Source: Callorhinchus milii (taxonomy: Eukaryota). From it: a stretch of 64,000 nt of DNA. The stretch covers positions 6,636,001-6,700,000 of the forward strand of contig NW_024704743.1 of the NCBI RefSeq assembly GCF_018977255.1. The letters run 5' to 3'. Each line of letters starts with the position of its first letter. Position 1 is the stretch's first letter. Positions 36,111 to 50,681 of this stretch are shown here, in pieces. The notes beneath the pieces were generated by a model. It ran no database searches. It had not been told where the DNA came from and saw nothing but the letters and a program-made list of their open reading frames with translations. A program made the translations under genes and the position numbers.

Positions 36111-39100
36111 TTTTAATAGGCCAATTATAACCAGTATAGATATAAAAAATATAAATCCTACCAACCCGTTGCTCTCTTTGCTCAGTGAAGTCTGCTTCAT
36201 ATCCCCCACCTCACCATCAGAGGTCAAGTTTGGAGCCTATCTGCCCCCACTCTCAAACTGCATTCCATTGACTAGCTCCCTCCCACAACTCTTTCAAAGC
36301 CAATTCCAAGACCTTCTTCTTTGTCCGCACCTTCAGTTACAGTTCCCCTCCTTCAGCGCTGTAAATTTCTATGTTTCTATGATTCATTGTGCATTGTAAT
36401 GACAATACTGCAGATATGTGAGAATAAAACAACAGCACAATGCAGTACCCACATTAATTTATATGTATTGGAACTGAAAACGTACTATCTGCTCCGATGA
36501 TCATTGGGGACCTTCTCTGCCAGAGATAATACAGTTCTAGTGGTAAACGCTCCATGCCAGTCGTTGTGGACCAGGTCGCACCTGTTAGTCACAGCTTTCC
36601 TGGTGAGTCTCACCCTCATCATACTGCTCCTCTGTTGTACAATAGTCCTGCTGCCTCGAGTAGTAACTGCTATAGACACTATAGTAATTAATTCATTGTC
36701 TTTGTGTTCTGTGTCCCAAATTCAGTCTCTCATTCATCAATGGCTGCTAAACTCATTCTCTTTAAGAGAAAATTCTTCTACACTAACTCACTTACTTATT
36801 CTGTGGTGATACTTTGAAATATTCCCCTTTGTTTTGTTCACTAACACTAAATCTTACCTGGAATTAAATCATTTTTAATTTGCTTTCTTTGATGCCTGAG
36901 TTCCTCCTTAATGATCTTTCACAATATCCTACCGATCTAAATTACCCGTTATTCTCTCCTTTTTGGTAACTGTTCAGTTTCTTGGAGTAAATATACCTTG
37001 TGTAAAACTATACCGTATGGAAAATTCACCACTTGTTGGCATCATCTCTCAACATTCAGCGTCTGTTGGCACATCTCTACATTTTTGCTAACATTAACAA
37101 ACAGTTGGATCCCCATTTGTCTGATAAGGAGAAACATTTATGAATGTCTGGTAAAGTGTATTTATATTGTTCAGACAGCGATAGTGTCCTTGGACAGATA
37201 GATAAACATTTTAATTAAACAAATTGAGTAAAGGAAAATATTCTAGCCTAATAACAGATTACTGAGCAAAAGAGGATTGAAGTAAGTCATAGTAGTTCTA
37301 ATCAAATACCAGAATAAGGTATTAATCAGATCAACTGCAATAAGTAAATCTAGCCCTGTATATTTCTTTGATGGCTGAGAAGGTAAATGCACCACATAGT
37401 GAGGTACTAAAACATAGAGATTAGGATGATCCTTAGCTCGATTCATGATCTGTAATTAGTCAATAGAGCCAGGCAACAGTAAGATTGCTATCATTGGTTT
37501 AGCATCCTCTGGCTAGTCCCACTTTTGATAGCTATTCAGTGACCTCTGATGGAACTATAAAAGTAAAAAGTTGAGTTCAATTTGAATCCCTTCAACAGTA
37601 AACACCCAACGAACAACCATTATTCAGGCTCAGACATGAAGAATAGCAAGGTGGGCAACGTTATGAATGGCATCAAAATAAAAGGAGCATATTCCTCCAT
37701 AATCTGTGACTCCAGAAAAGGAAGGGCGAGTGGAGAAATTCTGGGGTGGGGGTGGATTTAAAAGGACAAAAATATTTAACATTAGCAACAGATTATACCA
37801 GTCAATTTTTAATTTACCCTCAAAGTTTAGCTATCCCTCAACCAGATTATGATATGAATTTGTTAGTCACTTATATCTCACATTTTATCTATGCTTATTT
37901 GAAGCAATAGGGAGACAAAACTGGTAAGATCATATATGCTTTAATCACAGTTCCATCCTCTCTCAACATTGCAAAATCACCAAGTTTTCAAGTGTAAGAT
38001 TTCTGTGGAAAAACAAACAAATCTATTAGCCAATATAAAATGTATTACTTTGCAAAGTAATACAACTTAGCCTTTTATAATTCAGCTTGATTTGAAACTC
38101 TCAATTAGTTATTTTCTTTTCCATTTTTATAAATCTGTGCCCTTTAAAGTAAGGAATGTTAGAAAATTGAGTATTTTCTCATTACAGGCATCAAAAGTTG
38201 GCAACAAGCATTCAAGTGTTGGGTATAGTTGAATACAGAGTGACGTGTGCTCCATTCTACCCCATATGTTTTAGCTTCAAACTCAGAATACCTCCTGTGG
38301 CACCAATATGACATTTATCACTTCCCACACCAGCTGCACCGCTACAGCCACCAGGAATTGGACTGTCACTGGCCGAACTCATTTTACTTTAGATATTTAT
38401 AGACAACAAAATAGAAAATACTTTCTATCCAAATATATCTTATACAGACCTTTAAACTAGTCAACAGATAGAAGAGATTTTCATCCCATCACTCTGAAGT
38501 GTACTCAAACCAAGGTCAAGAGGATAAAGAACAATGTCTAACTCAGTGTGCCATTCACAATGGCCATACATAAATTCTGATAATACGTAACAAATTATTG
38601 GACAAATCACGTTGCTAAAAGTAACCTCTTAAAATAAATTACAGCAAGCGAATGTGACCAATTAACAGAACCATGTGTGTCCAATTATTCTGCATCAGTA
38701 AAAAAAAGTGAACAGGGATATCAATAGTTTATTATATGGAGTAATGTAATTGAAATTGCTTATTTTATTTGACGATTATGTTTAGACTTCGCACCCTCTA
38801 ATTTTCTTCCCTCCTCTCCTGAAGGAACTAAATCATGCTGGGGCATGATACCAATGAGTATTTTCCTATATGCAAGCCCCCACTGATATCAGAGAGCTAA
38901 TTGACTGCAGGAAGCAACACATCTGCGTTCAATCCTGTCTTTAACCAACATCCGCACACAATCACTTTATAGCAGGAGGTACTGCATAGTGATCAGGAGC
39001 AGTAACCCTGGCTGATTCTTTTTCTCTCACTCGAACAATGACCACTTAATACGGATTGGGAATAAAAATATCTATTACCCCACATGATAAATATAGCGTT

Positions 39101-39410
39101 TATACCCTTTTCACGATTTGTAGTTTCTTGAGGATTATTTATTTCTTCAAAACAAAAGAAAAACTGCCACAGCAATTTGCTTCTGGATTAACATAGGAAC
39201 TGGAGTAGGTCAATCAGCCCCTCAAGCCTGTTCCGCCATTCCATCAGATCATGGCTGATCTGCACCTCAACTCCAAATACTCGCTTTTGCCCCATTAATA
39301 CTGTAATTCTGCAAATCTTGAGAACTCTGAATTAAATTAAACTGTGGTACCATAATACAAATCAGAAATGGTCTTTTTAAGTGTAATCAAAACTATTTAA
39401 CAAGTTTTAC

Positions 39411-39533
39411 CTGATGAGCTTGAGCAAGATTTTCCACAAATTTGGCAGATTTTCCTGTTAAAAATGAAACTAGATCCTTGAAAATCTCACTTTTTCTTTC
39501 ATAGTCTATTTCTTTAGTTTTCTTAATTATACC
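39411..39533 (-). CDS. ODAD2: ODAD2 coding exon 6
   Basis: ttttag acceptor, gtaaaa donor, 123 nt. GIIKKTKEIDYERKSEIFKDLVSFLTGKSAKFVENLAQAHQ resembles recalled [26 protein letters not shown]. Phase 0 to 0. Confidence 0.93.
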
Positions 39534-39663
39534 CTAAAAAAANCAAAATTCATATTATAATGAACTGATTTTTTAAATGTAAAATACAAACAGTAATTAA
39601 TAAATAAAATGGGTGAATTATGAAAAAAATCAAAAAATCAACCTTACTTCAATTGTTCCTTAC

Positions 39664-39800
39664 CCCATTTAAGAAAATTCCAGCTGTGCTACAGGTGACG
39701 AACAGGGGTTCAGTGTCATGAGGGACAATTATCAAGTAGCAGATATCCCCATGAACCTGTCTCCAAGGTGGAGCTCTACAGCCATTGGAAAATTCATAAT
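39664..39800 (-). CDS. ODAD2: ODAD2 coding exon 5
   Basis: cctacag acceptor, gtaagg donor, 137 nt. DYEFSNGCRAPPWRQVHGDICYLIIVPHDTEPLFVTCSTAGIFLNG carries the diagnostic ARMC4 motif DYEFSNGCRAPPWRQ. Phase 1 to 0. Confidence 0.97.
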
Positions 39801-39923
39801 CTGTAGGAAAATCAAATTCAGATATAACTGTCACAATCATAAGTTAGGTGATGCTCCTTGGTAATTAATTTTATTACTGAGTGCACAACGCATCCATTGC
39901 ATGATGATTCTCAATGTTAATAC

Positions 39924-40030
39924 CTGATGTGTAGTTGATAGATATTAAAACAGTCTTCTTGTCTTCACCAGAGAAAGATTTAAGCAGTTCCACATCACGC
40001 TTTACAGCTGAAGGGCTTAGACGTACTTCT
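39924..40030 (-). CDS. ODAD2: ODAD2 coding exon 4
   Basis: ccttttag acceptor, gtatta donor, 107 nt. KEVRLSPSAVKRDVELLKSFSGEDKKTVLISINYTS. Phase 2 to 1. Confidence 0.93.
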
Positions 40031-40315
40031 CTAAAAGGAAGTTAAAAAGACCTCTAAAATTATTCAAATTGCTTCTCTTTAATTTTAACATTCTTTTATT
40101 CATTCCAGTTCTTGTTTTCCATGCATGGAATCATAACCAATAAGCAATCTCCTTAAAAAATTATATTCCCTCAACATCATCTGGAAAAGCAAGTATATCA
40201 GCTAGTTGAAGAAGCCAGATATTAGTAAGGTCTGTAAAATATGATTCTGCCACAGCTTCGCAAGCTGTGCCAGAACCTAAATATGCAGACTGTTCACATA
40301 GTCTCCTGAAGTTAA

Positions 40316-40845
40316 ATATAATAATCCTCAAAGCGCTTCACAGAATATACACGCCTAATAATAATCCCTCCAAAACCAAAAACAATAATAAATTGGTCAT
40401 TTTCAATCTGCGACTGCTTGTGGGACATTGCTGTGCGCAATTGGCTGCCGCGTTCGCCCACAAAAAATACAGTCAATTCACTTTACAGTGTGTTCTGTGA
40501 AGCGCTTTGGGACGTCCTCCCGACGTGAAAAGTGCTATATCAAATGCAAGGATTATTATTATTATTATACTGTAAAATGAATTGACTATATTTTGTAGGC
40601 AAAAAGCGGCAGTCAATTGTGCACAGAAGTGTCCCACAAACAATTGTGGATTGAGTGATCAAATTATTTATTTTGTAGGAATTATTACCCCGGAAAAGCG
40701 ATCCGCCAATCGACTACTTACTGCTAGGTATACAGAGGAGTATGGAGTAAGGAAACTTGCCCAGCGTTTCACCTTGCCAGGAATCAAACCCATTTCCTTT
40801 TGCTTGCAAAGTAAGTGATCTAACCACTAAGGTACAGGATTCCAC
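40316..40845. mobile_element. Short-subfamily SINE (+, about 40351-40567) nested in a long-subfamily SINE (-)
   Basis: Host sequence CACAGAATATAC|TGTAAA is split, with TATAC on both sides. Confidence 0.85.
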
Positions 40846-40999
40846 TCCATGATATTTACTACACATTGCATGATATTTACAGTAATATATTTCAAATTTA
40901 TTTTTTTAAAAAGCACGTCAATCACGTAAAGAACAAGAAGAGCTGAATTGCCTTGTTCTGTGCTGAAAATTTCTGTTTCTATATTTAAAGAAACATTCC

Positions 41000-42778
41000 A
41001 CTACCCATCATCTTGTGCAAGCCCCCTCTCAAGCACCTTTGATCCTCACTTTTGATGTCAAGTGCGAAGAGGTCCAGGACTTTTTTTATCTCTAAGATAG
41101 ATAACATCCGTCTGGCTGCCTCATCCTCCTCCGCCCCAATGTCGCCTACCACCTCCTTGCTATATCTCCTTCATCACCCTCTCCACCTACCACAGCCGCT
41201 ACCCTACACTCCTTTGCACCCATCTCTCCCTCCTTGCTTTCGTCCAACATCACCCTGATGAAGTCCATCATCTGCTGCCTCGACCCCCTTCCCACCCCGC
41301 TTCTGGACACTCAACACCCCCTCCTCTGCCCACTGCTGTCTGACACAATCAACCAGACCCTCTCCTCAGGCACTGTCCCACTCCCCCTCAAAAACACCAT
41401 CATCAGTCCTCTTTGTTAAAAAACCCACCCTCGAACCTTCCAACCTCACAAACTTCAGACCCATTTCAAACCTGCCCTTCCTGGCCAAAGTTATGGAACT
41501 TGTCGTTGCAAATCAACTTCACTCACACCTCTCCCTCCACTTCCTACTCAAAACCCTCTTGTCCAGTTTTCGCCCTTCCCACAGCACAGAGATAGCACTC
41601 GTCAAAAGTAACAAATTACATACTCTCACTCTGCCTCCTCATTCTCCTTGATCAGTCTGCCGCATTCGACACAGTCGATCATGCCATCCTCCTCCACCAC
41701 CTCTCCTCCCTCATCCGCCTTAGTGGGACCGCACTTGCATGGCTTGAGTCCTACTTAACAAACTGCCAACAATACATCTCGGCAAATGGTTTTTCCTCCC
41801 TCCCCCGCCCAGTCACCTGTGGTGTATCGCAAAGCTCCATCCTTGGCCCCCTAAGGTACTTTTTCTCATCTACATGCTCCCTCTCGGTGATGTCATCCGC
41901 AGACATGGGGTCAACTTCCACATGTATACGGATGACACGCTTCTCTTCCTGCAGCTAAATGTCGGCAAGACAGAAGCCATAATCTTTGGCTCCCATCTTC
42001 TCCCCTGCAGGTCTTAACTCCTCAACCTCCCCAGGCTTTCTCTTAGACTGACCAAACCCGGGTCAGATTCGCCCCCCAGCTTTTCTTTCTTTCTATCCCA
42101 CATCTGTTCCCTGACCAGGACCGCTTTTTCCACCTCTGCCACATTACCCGTCTCTATCTGTATCTCACAAGCAATGCAGCTGAAACCCTCGTCCACACCT
42201 TCGTCACTTCCTGGCTGGACTATGCCAATGCCCTCCTTGCTGGCCTCCCCAGCTCCACCATAGACAAAATCTAATTAGTTCAAAACTCCGCCACCCAGAT
42301 ACACAACCACACAAAACTCCGTACCCCATCACACCAGTCCTTGCCAGGCTCCACTGGCTCCCAATTACCAAATGCATCAATTTCAAGATCCAATTCCCCG
42401 TTTTCAAATCCTTTCATGCCCTCGCACCTCTCTACCTATCCGACCTGCTTACCCCCAACTCTCCCACCCACTGTCACCGCTCGGCTGGCTCCAGCCTCCT
42501 ATTTGTCCCTCATCCCCTCTGATCCACCATCAGTAGCCATGCCTTCAGTCATTACGGCCCGAAACTCTGGAACTCTATCCTTCAATCCTTTTGCCTTACC
42601 CCCTTCCTCCCCACCTTCAAAGCCTGCCTAAAGACCTTCCTTTTTGATCATGCTTATAGTCACCTCGCCCCTCCCTCTCGCTCTGGCTCACTGTCAGACT
42701 CCGCCACTGTCAAGCGCTCCGGGATGCTACCCCATGTAAAGGGGGCTATATAAGTGCAAATTGTTGTTGTTGTTGTTG
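41000..42778 (+). mobile_element. L2 LINE 3' 1.8 kb (decayed RT)
   Basis: [28 protein letters not shown] and LHWLP motifs; (GTT)n tail. Confidence 0.92.
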
Positions 42779-43869
42779 TAAAGAGATTTTTAAAATAGTT
42801 TCAGATTTTATATTTCTTGTGACAGTTCAATAGATTCTCTCTCCATCAAGGGGAGACAGTTCAGTCATATTCCCTGTCCTGTTAGTAAGCACTATGAAAA
42901 TAAAGATAAATACTGTCACCCTTCCTTAAAGATCAAAATGCACCTACCTCCAGCTTGTGCACAAGTACAAAGCAAAAACAACTTGCTAAACTAGAATTAA
43001 AATCCTATTTTCCCAAGTGATGCCTGTGGTGGTTTACAAAACCAATATATTATTTTACAATTTGTTTTATCAGGTTGTTAGAGGCACACATTCAAATGAA
43101 CAGTACAGTAATAAAAAAGCATGTTGATAAGTCACAAGTAATTACTGTCAAGTGCAGTGACTACTTTTAATGGGCAAGCACAGATCGTTGTCCAAGACAC
43201 TGGGAAAAAACAACCTAACTTTTCAAACAAAAGTGTCAAGGGATCTTTTTAACATCAACCTGAACAGACAAATGGGTCCTCTGTCTAACATCTCATCCAA
43301 AGAACAACATCTTCAATATTGCAGTATTTCCCAGCAATACATTGGAGGAACAACCTAAATGATGAACTTATGTCTTGAACCCATTATCATCTGACTCAGA
43401 GGCAAGAGCGAGACGAATTGAACCAAGCTTCATACAGAAATGAGGCAAAATCATCAGTGATACTGAATTAATGTTAACTATCAAAAATGCAGTCAAAAGT
43501 TTTCAATATCATTGGTATCAGACTGATACACGTCTTTCAGATGAGACGCTAAACTGAAGTCCCATCTGCCTGTTCAGGTGGGTGTTAAAGATCCCTATTC
43601 GAAATGAGAAGGGAGTTCCAGTGTCTTGGCCAATCCCTCCAAAATAAAATTGGTCACTCACTCCATGGCTTTTTATGGGACATTGCAATGCTGCCATGTT
43701 TTGTCCCCAAAATATACACTTAAACCACTTTACAGTAGCACTTTGAGATGTCTCAGCAAAATGATAAGGGTTTATATCAAAGGCAAGGATTATTATTATA
43801 ATAACCACTCCCTCATGATAATTATTGACTGTTTTTCCCACATTTTTCATTCATGTAATAATTGTAAAT

Positions 43870-44711
43870 GGTTGAAGACAAGACCAAGGCCCTCCTGCTT
43901 GGCTCCCATCAGCACCTCTATACTTCTGGCGCTGACAGTCACCCTTCATGGATGCACTCTACACCTCACAGAGCCAATATGGAACCTCGGTGTCCTGTTC
44001 GACCCTCAACTGTCCTTCATAGCCCATATCCGTCTCATGACCAGCTTCATTTTTCCCCACCTCCGCAACATTGCCCAGCTCCGTCAATGTCTCTTACTCC
44101 AGGCCGCCGAGACCCTCCATCCACGTGTTCATCACATCCAGGCTCAACTATGCAAACTCCCTGCTTGTCGGCCTCCCCAACTCCTCCCTCCACCGACTGC
44201 AGATCATTCAGAACTCTGCAGCCTGTGTCCTCTGCCACACCAGGCTCCGCGACCCTATCACTTCCATCCTCACCTGACTCCAGTGGCTCCCCATCACTCA
44301 AATTCGAGATCCTGGTCCTCACCCTAAAAGCACTCCATGATCGCTCCTCCCTACCTCTGTGACCTTCTAACCCCCTACCAACCTATCTGCTCCCTCCACT
44401 CAGTGGGCTCCGGCGTGCTTCACGTCCCCCACCTTCCCCACTTCACCACTAGTAGTTGTGCCTTCAGCCTCTTTGCCCCCACCCTCTGGAACTCCATCCC
44501 ACAGTCCCTCCACCTTGCCCCTTCCTTGCCTCCTATAAGACCCATCTCAAGACCCTCCTCTTCGACCATGCCTTTGATCACCTTCCTACCCCTAACCTCC
44601 CCGCCCTCAACCCCTCCTAATCCCAACCAGCAGCTCAGGTGCAGATCCCTCATCATCCAGCACCTCAAGACATCCTCCTGGCGTGAAAGGCGCTAAACAA
44701 ATGTCATTTGT
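43870..44711 (+). mobile_element. L2 LINE 3' end
   Basis: NLGVLFDPQLSF...HVFITSRLNYANSLL. Confidence 0.9.
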
Positions 44712-45010
44712 TCCTGTAGCTCAGTGGTTAGAGCACTCGTCTTGCAAGTGAGACAACCTGGGTTCAATTCCAGGCAGGGCAAAACCTTGGTCAGGTTTCC
44801 TTACTCCACACGCCCAATAATAATCCCTTCAAAAAACAAAACAATAATAAATTGGTCATTTTCAATTCACGACTGTCTGTGGGACGCTGCTGTGCGCAAT
44901 TGGCTGCCGCGTTTCGCCAATAAATATACGGTCAATTCTCTTTACAGCATGTTCTGTGAAGTGCTTTGAGACGTCTAGAAGATGTGAAAAGCGCTATATC
45001 AAATGCAAGG

Positions 45011-45046
<36 letters not shown>
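44712..45046 (+). mobile_element. tRNA-Ala DeuSINE inserted in the L2 (GTT)n tail
   Basis: Family match; TTTGTT precedes it and TTTGTTGTTGTTG follows it. Confidence 0.9.
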
Positions 45047-45954
45047 TGTTGTTGTTGTTGGGTTATATCACATGCTGCAATTTTGACCTGCATACACATT
45101 CTTTCCACAGAAAAGGAGTTAGACTGGCAGTGAACAAAAGAGTGGATTGGGCTCAATAACTAGATTGATCAGAAAGAGGTGGTATTGACAAAAGGACACT
45201 GGGAGAAATGGTGAACACCAACAAAGAATTTACATTTGTTGAGAGGGGACCTAATTGAGGTGTACAAATTTATGAGGACTTTTGCAAGGTAAATTGGGAG
45301 GAACTATTTCCACTGGTAGGGGTTCTATCATCAAGGGACATAGTTATAAGATAATCACGAAGAGTGAAAGTAGAGTTTAGGAATATTTGTTTTCACTCAG
45401 AGAGTTGTTGGGATGTGGAAAGCCCTGCTAAGTAGGTGGTAAAGACAGAGTCCCTTGTGGGTGTTAAGAGGGAAGCAGACAGATATATGAAAGATAGAGG
45501 CTTGAGGGGGAGGACAAAGCAGGCCAGTGGGATTGAAATGAATGCCAGCTCTGAGAGTCAGTGGAGATTCGATGGGCTGAATAGCCCCCTCTGAGTTGTA
45601 AATTTCTATGCGAGGGGAAAAAAGCTGAGAATGGGAAGGGAGGGAGGAGAAAGATGGTTTCCGGAGAGTGAGGTGAGAAGGTTTGAAGGCCTTCCCAATG
45701 ATGCAAGCGGGTTACATGACAAAAGTCTTGCTGAGGGGAGGAAGTAGGGTTGCACAAGGTCACAGAGGAAGGGTGGAGTGAGGCCATGTATTTAACAAGA
45801 CTTTTGACTTCAATCAGATTGGGGATAGGGAGCCACAAACAGATAATCAGACACACACACACAGAAGATGCAGGTCTATTCACGTATATACTGGAGACTA
45901 GAGACAAACAAATATACAAGAAAGTAGAACAATAATGGGAGAAACTCATAGGGG

Positions 45955-47420
45955 ACAACAACAAATTACATTCGTACAGCGCCTTTCATGTCAGGACATT
46001 CCAAGGGACACAGAACAATACAACTTACATTTCAAGTCAGGATCCCAAGGCACTGGACAGTGTAGGTTTGCACCAGAACTGGGGGTGGGGTCGAGGGACA
46101 GTGGTCAAATGCGCACTCAAAAAGGAAGGCTTGAGACAGACCTTGAAGGAGGCGAGAAACAGGGTGAGAGTAGGGGTAGATAAGTAGATGGCAAGGTGAG
46201 TGATGTGAAGCAGGCCAGGCCCACTGAGTGGAGGAAGCAGCCAGGTTGGTAGAGTTGAGGAAGTTGCAGAGGTAGGATGGGACAAAACCATGGAGAGATT
46301 TAAAGGATAGGCTTATGGTGTCTCTGCTGACTCTTTTCAGAGCAATCCTTTCAGTCCAATTTGAACTTCCCAGTAGGTTACACAACAACAACTTGCATTT
46401 ATATAGCGCCCTTCAAGCAGGGCAGCGTCCCGGAGCGCTTCATAGTGAAGTCACCGAGCCATGGGGAGAACGAGGTGGGAGATAACCGTAAGCACAATCA
46501 AAAAGGATGGTCTTTAGGCAAGATTTGAAGGTGGGGAGGGAGAGGGCAAGGCAGAGGGATTGAGGGAGAGAATTCCAGGGTTTCGGGAGCAGTGGCTGAA
46601 GGCACGGCCACCAATGGTAAAACGAAGGGCACAAGGGACAATCAGGAGGCCAGAGCCAGCTGAGCGGAGAATGGGGGGGTAAGAAGGTCGGATAGGTAGG
46701 GAGTTGTGAGGGCATGAAAGGATCTGAAATCGAGTGAGAGGAGCTTGAAATCGATTCGTTCGGTGATTGGGAGCCAGTCGTGCGGGTGAGTGTTCAGGCG
46801 GCAGAGTGTTTAATCAATTGGATTTTGTGTATGATGGAGTTGGAGAGATCAACGAGGAGGGCATTGGAATAGTCCAGCCGGGAAGTGACGAAGGCGTGGA
46901 TGAAGGTTTCAGCTGTGTTGGTTGTGAGGTTTGGACCGAGTCAGGCAATGTGACGGAGGTGGACAAAGCGGTCCTAGCCAGGAAATGGATGTGGGGTAGG
47001 AAGGAAAGCTGGGGATCGAACCCGATTCCTAAGTTGCGCATGGGTTCGGAGAGTCTGAGGGAGAGCCCGGGGAGGTTGAGGAGTTCAGACCCACAGGAGA
47101 GAAGACGTTGATTAGTATGGGTCTTGAATCTACAACCTTCTGACTCAGAGAGAGGGGTAAGTGCAACCAAGTGAACAAGGCTGACAACAATCATGTGAGC
47201 ATGACAATTTGTTTTTGTCATGACAAAATAGAGGGATATACACAATATGATTGGATTTCACAGCCAAGACATAGATAGCATGCATTACATTGTAGAACAA
47301 TCAATTAGCAGCAGTAACAACAACTTGCATTTATATAGCGCGTCTCGGAGCACTTAACAGTGGTGGAGCCTGACACCGAGCTGGAGGGAGGAGATGACCG
47401 TAAGCACGATCGAAAAGCAA
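45955..47420 (-). mobile_element. Cluster of L2 3' ends
   Basis: Repeated CAACAACTTGCATTTATATAGCGC starts and L2 ORF2 fragments. Confidence 0.85.
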
Positions 47421-47934
47421 GACACCAATTAAACCACAGATACTTACAACAAAAATTAAAATAAAGTGATTCAGGATTCTTATCTTGATTAATTCATTAA
47501 GTTTGCACCACAATAAAAAATCAATGGAATTTAGTATGTGTTTTAACAAAATATATCTTACATTTTTCCTCCAAATTCATGACTTGCAAATTATTTTGTT
47601 GGTAGAAAACACATGCAAGGAATGTTTATGTGAAATGATAAAAATTTATCTAGGCAAAGAAAAATGGTAAAAGTGTCCTAAAGTTACAATCCCTCCCACT
47701 TCATCCCCATGTTTAGGGAAATTATTTTACTCTCTTTTGAATGACGAACACAGTGCCTTTATTCCTATCTGTAGGATCAGTTCACCCTTGCTTTACTAGA
47801 TTCTGGCTTAGTTAGTCAATTATAATTAATACATCACCTAAAACAGTTTCCCTATGATGAAATTTCATTTGAAAATACACAAAATGGTTACAATTACCAC
47901 CATTTCAAAAGTAAGAATAATACTGAAAACTTAC

Positions 47935-48133
47935 TTTGACATTACTTTTAAAGAATTATTCAGAAGTTGCAAGTCCAGTTGATTAAGGAGAATAAGTAAC
48001 TTCATTGCAATCTCTGTATTAATGTCATCAGTGTTTGTCTTGACCTTTTCCAGCAAACGCAGCATGGCTGTGTCTTCTTCTTCCACTGTAGCAAAGCCTG
48101 GGCCAAGTATATTTACTATTGGATCTCTATTTC
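47935..48133 (-). CDS. ODAD2: ODAD2 coding exon 3
   Basis: cttcag acceptor, gtaagt donor, 199 nt. GNRDPIVNILGPGF...EIAMKLLILLNQLDLQLLNNSLKVMS resembles recalled ANRDPIVKILG...LLKQLDLHLLNHSLK. Phase 1 to 2. Confidence 0.95.
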
Positions 48134-48563
48134 CTGAAGTGAAAAAAAACATTTTTTAAAATTGCAAATAGGAGTAAATCAATCTGTTTCACTCGTACCT
48201 AGGAAGCAGACAAAACACAATTCTCCACGATATGAAACATCAGTAACGCTAAAATCTTCAAGCAGTCTTAGTCTCAAAGCTGGGGACTACACAACAGTGA
48301 TACAAGGTAGAGCACTTTTTAAATCCTACTGTCCTATTGGTCTTAATAGAAGTAAGATAATCATTCTCAAAATTTTAAATTTGCACTAGATTTAGCATTA
48401 AGCCTTCTCAGAAACTCATTTTAATGAAGTGTTCCTAAACTGGGAGTCCGTAGCTTTAATTACGTTAAAAATATATAATGATCATCCAGCTAAATCATGA
48501 AAACATAAAAAACTTGGCAACTGAATATCTTTTACTAAAGCAAAGCTATTGAATGAAACTGAC

Positions 48564-48724
48564 CTTCAAGACAAGCCCGTGTTTCTTTTAGTTTACCATT
48601 CCCAGCTAGAGCCAGCAGTTTGTTCAGCTGAGCAAATGTGTGCACTTTAATGATTTCAGTGGAGATAGAAAATGACAACAATGCAACTCGATTCTTAATT
48701 TCTTTTGATTTCACTGTAGCTCCA
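48564..48724 (-). CDS. ODAD2: ODAD2 coding exon 2
   Basis: tttacag acceptor, gtcagt donor, 161 nt. (D)GATVKSKEIKNRVALLSFSISTEIIKVHTFAQLNKLLALAGNGKLKETRACLE resembles recalled TVKSEE...[25 protein letters not shown]. Phase 2 to 1. Confidence 0.93.
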
Positions 48725-50681
48725 CTGTAAATTAAAACAAAAAATTAATAAAACAATTTTAAACATTAATTTATTATGGGCTTTTACAAGATTGTATACA
48801 AATTTAAAGCTTCCTTGGTGAAAGTGACTAAGAGCTCTATAAAGGCCTATTCTAGGGTACCTGCTATTCATATTATTTATTGACAGATTTAGAGGATCTT
48901 GTAATTATTATTATTATAGTTGCTGAATTTTTTATCAGCGCTGAAGATTGCTCTCTGATGATGAATTATTTTGAATATTTGTGAGGTATTTCTTGATTTA
49001 CTTTACTCCTGAATGTCATATTATTTATCGTGAACAAAACAATTTACAAAATGTGGCTATTGGCAAAACAAATCATTAAATGTTCACGTTCGTTATAAAT
49101 ATCATAAGTTTTGTTTGCAATAAATGGTCGAGTATAAGTAGCTATTTTTTGGGGGGGACATATTTAATCACTTGCAGCTCAGGACATCTCAAAGACGTGA
49201 TAAGGCGCTATACCAAATGCAACGATCAGTATTATTATTATAATGTCTCAGCCTCAGCAATCTTCTTTGCAGCTCCTTACATCTCTCGCTTCTAGCATGA
49301 ATTAAAATATAAAATGCCACAAGTTATTCTGATTAAAATATATAGCCACACTGTGCTAATTAGGAAAAATCTTGAACGGGGCTGGGGAACATAGAATTCA
49401 CACTTCTTTCCCAGATAATGATGGCCTAAATATAATTTTAAAAATAAAATGTTAAAAAACTATTCTCCATTATTCTGGCAGTTAGAATTCAAAAATAAAA
49501 AATGACATTAAGTTACAAAAAGGAAGTAAATCAGTTTTTAATCAATCTGAGCGAGAAACCATTCTCCAGAAGTGGAATAAGTTATTCTAATATGTTTAGA
49601 AAATTAATTAAGCTACATTAGAAATATGTTGTGCAGTTTGGGGCATCCCAATATTGAGAGGACATTGAAGAATAGTATTGGAAAGAGCTCAGCAAAGAGC
49701 TACAAGCAGGATTCTAGTACTTAAGAGGTTCAAATTCCAAAGAAGCAGGTTCAATATGAATTTGTAATATTCATATATATTCTTGTAATTTTCATTAGGT
49801 TATTACTCCTATTCTACTTATATTAACTCTTTATTTGCACTTCATTTATTTTCTCTGCTAAAAAAATGTTCACATAATATATTCTTTGCATGTACGTTTC
49901 TATAAATCAGCCCCCAAATTTAATCCACTATTTCTATACTCTTGGCAGTGATTCACCACTAATAATAAATAGATAACACATATCTTACAGGAGCCGGGTT
50001 TCAGGAACAATACGATTTCCAACCATGCAGTATATATAAATGTGTAAAGTATGAATCTCATTGGGCTTGCTTTCTTAAAATAATGTTAAAGTTTAATATT
50101 ATTAAACTAATGCTAAAAATAAACATCTGATTTTAGTGTTTTGCACATATTCCGAAGCATGTGTGTGCAGAACATCAAAATTGAGTGTTTGTATTTTTTC
50201 GGGCTCCAATTGAATGTGTTATAGAACAGGAAGTATTGGGAGGAAATTTGAGGCATTTCCTAACATGTTATCATGCATTACTAAAAACAGAATTTTCTTC
50301 TCAAACCCATGGTCGAATGGTAAAAAGAGTAAGATACAAGGGAAACCTACTCTGAAACTCATTTTCAGGTCAAATAATGTCTTTTGAATACTACAGATCA
50401 AGAAATTCAAGTTGATTCCTCCATTTTTTTGATTGAAATTTATCTTGATTGTGGCAGATTGGAGCACAGCTTCACAGAAAACAAATCAAGATAGCAGCCA
50501 GCCATTACGAAATGCGACAAATGTCACCCCTTAGTTGCAGAGTGACAAATATGAATTTGGCTTCCTGCTCTATGTTAAAAAATAACTGAAGCAGCTTGCT
50601 CCCAACAGTATAATTCCAACATTAATCTTTTTGTGATACATATTAAATACTAAGCACAAAACAAGCCGTTCTATAACTTAC

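Noticed and set aside
36485..36809. Overlapping short ORFs in unique intronic DNA
   Set aside because: No recognisable motif and no splice-phase fit.
43626..44327. 233-aa ORF
   Set aside because: Chance read-through from a SINE tail into decayed L2 ORF2.
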